A stretch of 30,386 nucleotides of DNA. It comes from a virus. Taxonomy: Duplodnaviria > Caudoviricetes. Location: positions 1-30,386 of IMG/VR virus record IMGVR_UViG_3300047450_000085; one strand, written 5' to 3'. Below, piece by piece: positions 6,944 through 16,400 of this stretch. Numbering within the stretch: the stretch's first letter is position 1; each line of letters opens with the position of its first letter. The notes below the pieces were generated by a model. That model had not been told where the DNA came from, did no database searches, and was given only the letters and a program-made list of their open reading frames with translations. The translations under genes and the position numbers were made by a program.

Positions 6944-7113
6944 CTTATTCCTTGTTTTCTTTTTTCTAATTCTTCAGATAATGCAGCCATAGTTTCCATC
7001 ATCTTTTTCTGCATTCTCAAGTCGTCGGTATGGTAAAGATTAGCGTCCATTCTAGCTAATCTTTTCTCAATTTCTTGTGTTGATATAAATTTAAAAACAC
7101 TAGGATCTATCAT
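6940..7113 (-). CDS. Hypothetical helical protein, 57 aa (MIDPSVFKFISTQEIEKR...)
   Basis: Hand-translated; ATGA overlaps at both ends. Confidence 0.7.
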   Translation of the reverse strand: MIDPSVFKFISTQEIEKRLARMDANLYHTDDLRMQKKMMETMAALSEELEKRKQGIR

Positions 7114-7478
7114 ACCGATACTGCGTCTCCGTCTGCATATTCCTTACCAATAGTATGCCCAGTAGGTTCTTCTGTACTCCATCCTAGTATACTTTCAGCT
7201 TCGACCATACGCAATGTGTCTTCACCATTACCGTCATCTATCTTTATACCTCGAGTCCAACGGCCATGCTCTACCAATACCCAATCTCCAGTATTATACT
7301 CATCTGTATTTTCTGGACCCTTGGAATGTACTCTACCCCAGCGTGGATAGATACCTCTAGTTTCTCCGTCGTCTGATCTTAGTATTAATCCTCCGGATGT
7401 CTTTTGTTCTCCGAAATTCATTTCGCTTACAATTACTCTATCATGAATAGGGTTAAGTGTGCCATTGTATGTTTTCAT
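7110..7478 (-). CDS. groES: GroES-like co-chaperonin
   Basis: LNPIHDRVIV, mobile loop KTSGGLIL, GRV-x-x-x-G and GDWVL; start moved to the ATG at 7478 (GAGG RBS). Confidence 0.88.
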   Translation of the reverse strand: MKTYNGTLNPIHDRVIVSEMNFGEQKTSGGLILRSDDGETRGIYPRWGRVHSKGPENTDEYNTGDWVLVEHGRWTRGIKIDDGNGEDTLRMVEAESILGWSTEEPTGHTIGKEYADGDAVSV

Positions 7479-7480
7479 TA

Positions 7481-7855
7481 TTATCCTCTTTTTACAAAAT
7501 TTCCGTCTTCGTCTTCGACCCATTCGTCATCGAAGTCTAATTCGTTTTCTTTAACATCATTTACAACTGGTGCTTTTGCTTTTTTAGCTTTTGCTTTCGG
7601 TGCTGCTGGTGCTGGCGTTGGTGCAGGCGCTGCCGCAGGTGCCGCTGGTGCTTGATCTGGAACAATAGCAGAAGATCCATAATATTCTTTAGATGCTTCT
7701 TCTCTTGTTTTAATAATTTTATTGCCTGCACCTAATGTATCGCCACGTGCATTTACTCTAGCATTACCGACTGCTGGTGTTAGTTCGTTTTTCTTCTGCA
7801 GTAAACTCATATCTACATTTTTACCACGTAAGCTCGTATGTGTATTTTTAGCCAT
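7481..7855 (-). CDS. Hypothetical late protein with Ala/Pro/Lys-rich linker and acidic tail
   Basis: AGGAG RBS and a late-promoter motif upstream; N-terminal GKxVDM...AVGNARVNARGDxLG. Confidence 0.85.
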   Translation of the reverse strand: MAKNTHTSLRGKNVDMSLLQKKNELTPAVGNARVNARGDTLGAGNKIIKTREEASKEYYGSSAIVPDQAPAAPAAAPAPTPAPAAPKAKAKKAKAPVVNDVKENELDFDDEWVEDEDGNFVKRG

Positions 7856-7876
7856 TATATTCTCCTGTTATATGCA

Positions 7877-7883
7877 TATTTAT
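7877..7883 (-). promoter_or_regulatory. T4-like late promoter motif ATAAATA
   Basis: GATAAATA about 21 nt upstream of the ATG at 7855; the motif recurs before other late genes. Confidence 0.6.
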
Positions 7884-8401
7884 CTTAAAAATTCACGCCA
7901 ATCTAAATCATATTTAATACTATCAATTTTGTGTACACCTATTAAGTATAGCACATAACTTGCTACACTTGATCCACGTCCTACACCCCATACAATATCA
8001 TTCTCACGCATAAAGTCTACAAGATAGATCATATACTGTAGCAGAGGCTTCATACCTCTGCCTTCAAACTCTGCAAGTTCTTCAGCACATCTTGCTGTTT
8101 CTTCTTGTGTTTCACACTTTGCTAGGATAAAGTTATGTACATTAATGGCTTTATATGCATCAGGCATAAACCATTCTGATTGCAATGCACCGTCAAAAGT
8201 CTTTTGATCTACATCAAGTGCAATATACTTAGTAAGCTCAGGCAAGTGTTGATCTTGCATAGCTGCGTTAAATTTATCTATGTCATCCGACGGATCACAC
8301 AATACAACATGACACTTGTCAGCATGACCTGAATAGATCATATCTATAAGATCGCGGTTAGAGAATCGTGGAATACCTAAGTCATCAGTTTTCATTAACA
8401 T
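7880..8401 (-). CDS. dnaE: Stand-alone fragment of a DNA polymerase III alpha (DnaE/family C) palm region
   Basis: RCAEELAEF...LVDFMRENDIVWGVGRGSSVASYVLYLIGVHKIDSIKYDLDWREFLR matches DnaE GxGRGS...LGIT-x-I-D-P-x-x-Y-x-L-x-F-E-R-F-L. Confidence 0.85.
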   Translation of the reverse strand: MLMKTDDLGIPRFSNRDLIDMIYSGHADKCHVVLCDPSDDIDKFNAAMQDQHLPELTKYIALDVDQKTFDGALQSEWFMPDAYKAINVHNFILAKCETQEETARCAEELAEFEGRGMKPLLQYMIYLVDFMRENDIVWGVGRGSSVASYVLYLIGVHKIDSIKYDLDWREFLR

Positions 8402-8410
8402 ACTCTTATT

Positions 8411-8644
8411 TTAACTTACATTTATTAGATTGTCAAGTGGAGAATCGTCATCTCCTTGCATTTTTTTATATTGCTTCGCTTGTCTTGCTCTTGACTCATC
8501 TTTAAACATTTCTAGTATAACATTTATTTGCTGTTGAACAGCAGGATTGTGTGTCATAAAATATTTACGACTAAGTTCAATAATTTTATCTTCGATTTCA
8601 GAATCGGTGAGATCCGTTAAACTATCTACAAGTGGATTAAACAT
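8411..8644 (-). CDS. Hypothetical protein, 77 aa
   Basis: Clean ORF; TAAATA at 8654-8659 lies just upstream. Confidence 0.8.
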   Translation of the reverse strand: MFNPLVDSLTDLTDSEIEDKIIELSRKYFMTHNPAVQQQINVILEMFKDESRARQAKQYKKMQGDDDSPLDNLINVS

Positions 8645-8656
8645 AGTATTACTTAT

Positions 8657-11600
8657 TTAAATGTTGAATTGATAGTTTGCAAATAGAATATATTTTTCTT
8701 TATCGTCTTCTATGCTGTTTTTAATAATATATCTATCCAAATCAAAATTTATATTTTTAAAGTTAAAGTTTGATTCTGTAATATTTTTAATAATTGCATC
8801 TGAGTCGCCTGGGTTACAATAACATAATACAACTGCATTTGTATGTTCAGTTTGCACAACTCCTTCTTGCGGTGTACGCATCCATAACGGTAAGTAATCT
8901 CTATCAGTATCGCCTATTGCTCTTATGTTAGATCGCATATGTTCTAAACTTACTCTGTGTCTAACATTATCTGTAGACTGGCTTATTTTTATAGCATCAC
9001 TATCAACTTTGATTGTGTTTGCAATAGGACGTAGTCTTTTAGGCTCAGAATCTAATAGTTCAAGTTTTATTGATACACCTGCTTCACCACCGTTTCTAAG
9101 CTCAACTTCAAAGTCGTCTTTATCTACGTTAAGTTTAATATCACCGTCTCGTGTTTCGATTAAGATTGTACCTGTAGTTTTTTGGTATACAAATTTTACA
9201 GTATTTCTGCCTTCAATAGCAAGTACACTTTCACCAGATCCAATTTTTGAATTATCATCTAGAGCACTATACTGTACACTGTCAACTGTAATTTTATTCT
9301 TAGTTTCAATACTAAATGATTTTTGTGTCAATCCTGTCTTGCTCTCTGCCGGGTCAATAACAGGAATATAAACAACTTCATATATCGGAGTATTCTGTCC
9401 AGGCTGTTTTGCTACTGCCTTTGTCGGCGCACCTAAGATATAGTTTTTACGTTTATGATTCTTCGCTGCTGCACTTACAAATTCATCTATTAAACTTTTT
9501 TCAATACCTGCATATATGAGCATTTCCATTTCACGCTTTACGCCAAACATAGGATCGCTTACTCTATATATTTTTGTCTGATCAAATATTTCTGGGTTTG
9601 TCATAAACTCTTTATATGACTTACGCATTGTAGTTTCTAATAAAGGTTTTGCTACAATGTCAGTATATTCCATTTTTGTAGGTTCAACAACTTTTAGTGT
9701 AAACTCACGTGATGTTGCATTTAGTCCAAACCTATCTCTAGCTCTTACTGTAAACTTAAATGTTTCTTCGTATAAAAATTCACTAGAGTCATTTGCGCTA
9801 TCTTTCCAAGCCTCTGGTTTACCTATTAGTAACCCTCGATATGATAGTTCAATTCCTTGTGGCAGTGTACCTGCCGTCAAGTCGTAAAGCATTGGACTTT
9901 CAATGTTAACTGTTTCTGCTTCAACAAACAAGTATGTAGGCTTGTCAGTCTGTACAGTTCCTAAATCAGCCGGTGTATTCCAAACGATATTACTATCTAT
10001 TTCGCCTATTACTGCAAGTTCAAATGTTTTACTTTTAGTTGGTTGTGTAGTTTCGTCAACACTGCTAACTATAAGATTCTTTTTAAAGAAGTCATCTTTT
10101 AATAGAGCTATACCTATATTTCTATTTTTATCAAGTTGTGCAACAATATTGCTACCAAACGTTATTTTATCAAAGTTACGTGCAACTATAGTAATTTCAG
10201 CTGGACTAGAATCATATGTAAGAAATGCATCTATCTTTTCTTTAAACTGGACTAAGAATCGTGTAAAGGATGTATCTGGTAGTGTAACTTGCCATCTATG
10301 TCCTTCGACAACATTTACTTCGTAGTCAACTAACGATCCGCCGTATGTGGTTTGTAAATATGTTTTCAAATCATTTATAGTTGTGTTATCAAGTGCGTGT
10401 GAATTAATTTCGTAAGTTAAGAATTTGCTTATACTTTGCACTACATAACTATTCCCGTCAACCTTAAGTGTTCGATTTGCATATTCGTCTTTTTGCGCTT
10501 GTGAAATAGAGTTTACGTAGACAAAGTTTTGTCCAGGTTGAGCAGTTTTAAAAATTACTAAACTACTTTTAGGCGATAGTGATTCAAGTAGTGTTATAAT
10601 ATCATAATCATTATTAGTATCATCATAGCCGGTTACAGTTACTAGTGCATTATTAATAAACAATTGCTTGTTAACTAATGCTTCTAAATCATTTATACCA
10701 TCAGATGCAGTTAAGTCAGTTTTATAAATTTTAAATTCTCTAGCACCCATTACCACGTCTTCGTAGTAAGTTCCAAATACAGTTATAGTTTCGTAGTCAA
10801 CTTGTATACGTGTTGCTTTGATTGTAAATTTATAATTTTTAGTTACAGCAGGCTGATATGGAATGTATCCTGAAAGCTCACCAGTATTGCTTTGTAAACT
10901 TAATCCTTCAGGCAATTCACTAGCACTGCCGTCGTCATTAAAATCTTCTAGTTCAAATACTTCTGTACCTACAAGCGTTGGATCGTCAATAATATCTAGA
11001 AATATAGTTGTGTAATTGTTTGCTCGCTTAATGCCTAAATTTCTCGGTGTGATCCAAACTGGTGATCTTACATTTGTAGTATCAGCTCTAAATACCCCTG
11101 TACCAGCTTGCATCACAGTGTTATCTGCTGTTAAGAAATCATCACCAACTACATAGATTTGAAACTCTCTACGTACTTCTGATATACCGTCTGTTACAGT
11201 AACAGCAAATGGATAATATCTATTTAATTTTTTATAAGTTTGTAGTTCTTCAAAATACCCAAACGGTTGTGAATCATAGAAAAATGAACTATATCCGCTT
11301 TGATTACGCTGTCCGTAATCTAATGGTATGTCACCAAATGGCTGGGCATCGTAACCGCTATCTCTATATCTTTTGTCTAAACTTAGTAACGGTTCGGTTG
11401 TACCTGTAATTTTACCATCACGAGAAAGTGTAAGTCCCGGAGGTAATACTCCGTCATCATTTGCAACGTAAAAATCTAATACTTCACCTGCTAACATATC
11501 ATCGTCGGTTGCAAGTAATTGAAAATCGATAAATTCGTTATCAAGTATAAACAAGGTGTCATTTGGACCTACAGGTAATAGTCCTTCTTGGCTAATCCAT

Positions 11601-11893
11601 GCCGGATTATCCGGTCCTACAACAATAACCTTAAAATGTTGATCTTCAAAGTATCCTTGATAAAATGCACGAATAACAAATTCATACTCGGTATCTAATG
11701 CTACTTCTGCAAGTGTACCTCTAATACTATTATTAGCTAAAACTGACCCTTTAGGTAAATTTCCGCTTAACAGTTCTAATTCAATACCCGATAATCCGTT
11801 AGCTATCGGTAAAGAAAGATTTATATAAGTGCCTTCATTAAATGTTTTTAAAGTAGAACCTGAAGTTGTGCTCCATAAAGAGACTTGTGTCAT
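8657..11893 (-). CDS. Large virion structural protein with putative Ig (He_PIG-like) repeats
   Basis: Repeated P-x-W-x-T...LG and LPxGLxL...G-x-I-x-G units (LPPGLTLSRDGKITG, LPEGLSLQSNTGELSG, LPQGIELSYRGLLIG); AGGAG RBS. Confidence 0.8.
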   Translation of the reverse strand: MTQVSLWSTTSGSTLKTFNEGTYINLSLPIANGLSGIELELLSGNLPKGSVLANNSIRGTLAEVALDTEYEFVIRAFYQGYFEDQHFKVIVVGPDNPAWISQEGLLPVGPNDTLFILDNEFIDFQLLATDDDMLAGEVLDFYVANDDGVLPPGLTLSRDGKITGTTEPLLSLDKRYRDSGYDAQPFGDIPLDYGQRNQSGYSSFFYDSQPFGYFEELQTYKKLNRYYPFAVTVTDGISEVRREFQIYVVGDDFLTADNTVMQAGTGVFRADTTNVRSPVWITPRNLGIKRANNYTTIFLDIIDDPTLVGTEVFELEDFNDDGSASELPEGLSLQSNTGELSGYIPYQPAVTKNYKFTIKATRIQVDYETITVFGTYYEDVVMGAREFKIYKTDLTASDGINDLEALVNKQLFINNALVTVTGYDDTNNDYDIITLLESLSPKSSLVIFKTAQPGQNFVYVNSISQAQKDEYANRTLKVDGNSYVVQSISKFLTYEINSHALDNTTINDLKTYLQTTYGGSLVDYEVNVVEGHRWQVTLPDTSFTRFLVQFKEKIDAFLTYDSSPAEITIVARNFDKITFGSNIVAQLDKNRNIGIALLKDDFFKKNLIVSSVDETTQPTKSKTFELAVIGEIDSNIVWNTPADLGTVQTDKPTYLFVEAETVNIESPMLYDLTAGTLPQGIELSYRGLLIGKPEAWKDSANDSSEFLYEETFKFTVRARDRFGLNATSREFTLKVVEPTKMEYTDIVAKPLLETTMRKSYKEFMTNPEIFDQTKIYRVSDPMFGVKREMEMLIYAGIEKSLIDEFVSAAAKNHKRKNYILGAPTKAVAKQPGQNTPIYEVVYIPVIDPAESKTGLTQKSFSIETKNKITVDSVQYSALDDNSKIGSGESVLAIEGRNTVKFVYQKTTGTILIETRDGDIKLNVDKDDFEVELRNGGEAGVSIKLELLDSEPKRLRPIANTIKVDSDAIKISQSTDNVRHRVSLEHMRSNIRAIGDTDRDYLPLWMRTPQEGVVQTEHTNAVVLCYCNPGDSDAIIKNITESNFNFKNINFDLDRYIIKNSIEDDKEKYILFANYQFNI

Positions 11894-11905
11894 TTATTGT
11901 CTCCT

Positions 11906-12793
11906 TTACACAATAAGATCACCTAGGTCAATTGTCCTTGTTTCAGGATCCCCAAATGTGCCCATATCTACGTCAGGATCGCCATAAAGCCATTCTTGCA
12001 CACTGGCTATAGTATCGCCTAAAAATCCAAAATTCCATTCATTTTCTACAACAGCAGGAATATCACTTCTCAATGCTAATTCACCGTTTGCATTAGGAAG
12101 TGTTATAGTTCTATCTGCTGAATAATTACCCTGTGCTAGTGTAACTTTGAATCCGTTTGCATTTTGAGAATTAAATTCTAATGCTGCTGTATTTACAACT
12201 TGGTTATCTATTGGGCCTACAATTTTTCCAGTTTGATAATTAACTAAAATATTTTGGGAGTTATCAACTACATTTCCGTTAACAGTACCAGTTAGTGTAG
12301 TTGCACTTACATTTGTTGCATTAGCTATAGCAAATCCAGCAGCATCTAAGCTTGCACCGAGCACTGGTGAAGTATCTTCACTTAATTCGTTAAATGCTGA
12401 TGTTATAGTTAAAGTTGAACCAACAAGCCCTGTAGAAATGCTTCCGCTACCATACAGATTAATGTTATCAGTAGTTTCTAATATTTTACTACCGCTATCT
12501 GAAACAACAACTATACGCTTTAAGCCAGTATCTACATCAATAGTTATTTTATCTTCTGCTGCTGTTAGAGTAGTATCAAACCCGCCTACAATTTTTTTGA
12601 ATTGTAACTCAAAATTATTTTTCTTTGCAAATATACCTTCACCGATAGTTCCGATATTAGTTGCTGTAGTAGACTCGTCGTCTCTTAGATCCAGATCTTG
12701 GAAGTTAAGGTTTACTTTATTAAACGCTTCTCTTAGATCGTCGCCTGTACCATCGTTTGCAAAAGTTCCTATGTTAATCTGTTCTAAACTCAT
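11906..12793 (-). CDS. Baseplate/tail structural protein with T4 gp9/gp10-like N-terminus
   Basis: INIGTFANDGTGDDLREAFNKVNLNF N-terminal motif; LSEDTSPVLGASLD fibre motif. Confidence 0.8.
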   Translation of the reverse strand: MSLEQINIGTFANDGTGDDLREAFNKVNLNFQDLDLRDDESTTATNIGTIGEGIFAKKNNFELQFKKIVGGFDTTLTAAEDKITIDVDTGLKRIVVVSDSGSKILETTDNINLYGSGSISTGLVGSTLTITSAFNELSEDTSPVLGASLDAAGFAIANATNVSATTLTGTVNGNVVDNSQNILVNYQTGKIVGPIDNQVVNTAALEFNSQNANGFKVTLAQGNYSADRTITLPNANGELALRSDIPAVVENEWNFGFLGDTIASVQEWLYGDPDVDMGTFGDPETRTIDLGDLIV

Positions 12794-12802
12794 TGTTAAT
12801 CC

Positions 12803-13360
12803 TTAAAATAAAATTGAAAATACAAGTGATCTAGCTTCACTTACCATTTTTCTTCTTTTACCATCTTCTATTATGTAAAATACGCCAGTATCAGAATCAA
12901 ATGATATACCGCCTATACCTTCTAAAGCGGTGTTTTTAATTCTACCTACTAAATCTGTGTAAGTTTCCACTATATGTGCTTGAGCAAATCTTCTGTTAGA
13001 TTGACCAACAAAAACTGTATCATCAGCTGTTGGAAATAAATCATCTGTAAATTCACCATTAAACAAGCCTGCTTCGCTTAGTGTAACATATTCAATATCT
13101 CTACCATTTGATGCTACTCTTAAAAATTTATTTTGTTTCCCGCCGTATAAATCAACAGCATTATTTGCTCTTAAATAATTTTCCGGAGTAACTGATGTGC
13201 CATCTACTTCTAGTGTAGCAGCACTCACTGTGCCTAATGACGCTACACCAGCAACATTTGTAATGGAAACATCTCTAAGATTTAAATTATCACCCTCAGG
13301 TATTTCTTTAATCTTATTATTATCAGTCACATCTAATATAAGTGGAAATCTATCTGCCAT
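12803..13360 (-). CDS. Hypothetical virion protein, 185 aa
   Basis: Lies in the structural block; late motif and AGGAAG RBS upstream. Confidence 0.75.
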   Translation of the reverse strand: MADRFPLILDVTDNNKIKEIPEGDNLNLRDVSITNVAGVASLGTVSAATLEVDGTSVTPENYLRANNAVDLYGGKQNKFLRVASNGRDIEYVTLSEAGLFNGEFTDDLFPTADDTVFVGQSNRRFAQAHIVETYTDLVGRIKNTALEGIGGISFDSDTGVFYIIEDGKRRKMVSEARSLVFSILF

Positions 13361-13380
13361 GTCTTCTTCCTATTGTAATG

Positions 13381-13387
13381 TATTTAT
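13381..13387 (-). promoter_or_regulatory. T4-like late promoter motif ATAAATA
   Basis: CATAAATA 20 nt upstream of the ATG at 13360. Confidence 0.65.
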
Positions 13388-13404
13388 GCAAAATTGCAGT
13401 CAGC

Positions 13405-16400
13405 TTAATGCTTGCCAACTACAATTTCGATAATTCCTTCACTTTCATTGGTTTTATTTTCTAGAGACTTACCAATTATTCTACCTGCATTAGCATCGTT
13501 ATTGACTACTGCAAATCCTGGAATATCACTAGTAACTAAAATATCACCCTTTTCTACTTTGCCTATAACATTACACGGTACTCGCCCTTGTAATGCTACA
13601 GCAGCCACAAACTCGCTTTCACAATGTGAGTTCATTAAGTATGCTGGATTTGTAGAAACAACACCTGCTACTCTATGATCACTGTTGCGTGTAGTTAATG
13701 TAAGTTCTTTTTCACCACCAAATATAACTACAGTGCCTGGCTCATAATGAGTATCAGCAGTATAGTTTTCAGCAAGGTCAGCATAGTATGCTTCATTTGC
13801 AATACCTTGTACAAAGTCGATATACCCTGTGTTGTAAGTGTTAGTTGATGCGCCTATATTATAGGTTGCTGTGCTTGTTCCACCACCTTCAGGAACAATT
13901 TCCTTTGTTCTAATGTCAACTTTCAATTCAGTAGCAGTTCCATCTGTCCCCGTATCAATCACTTCAGTTCCATTAGATGCCAACACGTTTCCTGAAACAT
14001 TACCTGTAACATTACCTGTAAGATCGCCAGTAACATTGCCTTCAACATCGCCAGTTAAGTTAGCAGTAACTTTAGTTGTAGTTAGATTGCCTGAATCAGG
14101 ATTATAAGTTAAATGTGTATTATCATCATCAATCTTAATTCTACTATAACTAGGGTCATTTGGCGTGCTTGCTGCATCCACAAATGTAATTTGATAATCT
14201 ATGTTATCATTTACAACATCAATTTCAACATTGTTTGCATTGTCTGCCTTATCTGCTGTTCCAGCAAATGTTGCATCACCGTTGTGTGTAGTACCAGTAT
14301 ATGTTCCTGTCTCTACTATCTTAGTAGTTGCTAAGCCATCACTTGTAATTGCATACACATCACCCATTACATCACCAGTTAAGTTACCAACAAAGTTTAC
14401 GTCAGCAACAAAGTTTCTGGCATGCATTGTATTATACTTGAAACTTGTAGATCCGATGTTATATCCTGCACTTGCAGTTGACGCATCTGCGTCTGGCTCT
14501 TGTCCGTAACTAGAGAATATTGCTGGAACATCACTTCGCCCGCCGCTTTGATTTGATACAACAACACCAACTTGTCCTGCTGCTGTTTTACCAGTACCTG
14601 CGCCGATTGATATCCCTGTACTATAAGCGTTTTTCTCATCAGGAGCTTCTATAAAACTCATATAGTTCCAGCGACTTGCTAATGCTTTTTCTGTGCCATA
14701 TGTACTGTTAGTTTTAAGTGAGCTTTCTAGAACAAAATCTTGTCCAGCACTGCCATCACCGATCATATCAAAATCTGCTGTAATTCTAGCAACTTCTGCA
14801 CCGGCTGCACCTCTAGCAGTAAGTATTGTACCCTGCCCTGGTGTTTTAAAGGTAATGTCAGTGTTATCAGTATCAAATATTATTTGAGTATTGTTAGTTC
14901 CTACAATAAGTTTTTTGACATGTACACTACCATTTGCAGTAGTCTTTACAATACTATCATTTGCTGCTGATGTTGTAATACCAGTTATGTCGTATGTTTC
15001 ATTACCAGTTCTAATAACTGCGCCTGTATCAGCATCAGGAATATCAGTATGTAATACACCACCGCCTGTGTCAACTACAGTATTAAATGATACTTCTTCA
15101 ACTGCACCTGTTGCTGCTGTTGATCTACCTAAAACAGTTTCTGTTGCAATATGTGCAAGATTTGCTTTTTCAACACCAGTAGTTGCATTTGATGCCGTAG
15201 CAATCTCAGCCCACCCATCAGTTAATGTAAATTGAGTACCATGAAATGCAACTAGTCCTAAATCGTTTTGACTTATTCCAGTAGCATTTGCTCTAGTTGT
15301 TGCAGCATTCATTGCAAGTTTACTTTGCGCAATAGCTGCTGATGCATTTACATCTGCATTTACTATACTACCTGCTTTATATTGAACATCTAGTGTAAGA
15401 CTACGTCCAGTTGGGTTACCGCCTGATTGACTTGTATTACGTGTAGCTGAAAAATCAACATCAGCTCCTGCATCAAAAATACCGTTCATCCATTCGTATT
15501 CTGGAAAGTTAATTGTAGTAGCACTTGGACCAGCCACAACTGATATTACTTCATCTTCAACAAATTCAAAAGCGTTAGTAGAATCATAAGTTAGATATTG
15601 TACAGTACCTAATTTTACATCACTTTCTGTAGCAAAGTCTATTACTAAACCAGTTGCACCCGAAGTGCCGCCTGTAATAACTTGTCCTAGTTCAAACAAT
15701 CCGCCTGTAATACCTTTTACTCCGATTTTCTGTTTACCTGACGCAATAAGGAATTGTGTTTCTTGTGCATCGTAAATTGTAGTGTCAGTTAGATCATTTA
15801 GTGAGTCAATTGCTCCGGCGACTGCGTCTACATAGCTCTTGCGTGTAGCATCTGTATCTGCTTCAGGGAACGTTAAGCCAGTAACCATTTGGCCATTCAT
15901 TCTTAAATCACCTGTCATTTGGTTTGCACCGTTGGCAAGTAAAATACTAGGCCCTAATGGATTTGGAACTGTTTGCCCTTCAACATCAACACCAAAGCGT
16001 CTGTCAACATAGCCACGTACTGCACTCTCAGTTGGAACAGAATCAGTAGCATTATCTGCCATACTAGCATCTGTACTAAATTCAGCAATAACAACACCAC
16101 GTTTAAATCCTAGCCCGTCAACATTTGAAAGAGCAATACTTGCTTCAAAACTAACAGCACCAGTACCTTGGTCAACGCTAAAGAAACGTCCTACTCTAAA
16201 CATACCGTTTTGGTCTGTACTTACGTAGAACACACGACCTTTACCACGTTCAATAACTTCGTTAGCTTGATCTGGGTCTCTTGGTGCACCAAAAATAACA
16301 TTTGGATAGTTACTTGTATTGTACGACCCTGTACCAACATCTAGGAAATCGTGTCCTGTTGCTCTACATGTACTGATGTTAACTGTAACATCACCTAATG

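Noticed and set aside
7479-7523. Arg-rich N-terminus (MGRRRRRK) of GroES
   Set aside because: Artefact of overlap with the upstream gene's acidic tail; the real start is 7478.
7880-8401. Split intein or frameshift explanation for the short dnaE
   Set aside because: No intein N-terminal block after the polymerase motif, and the downstream sequence is a late promoter and an unrelated ORF.
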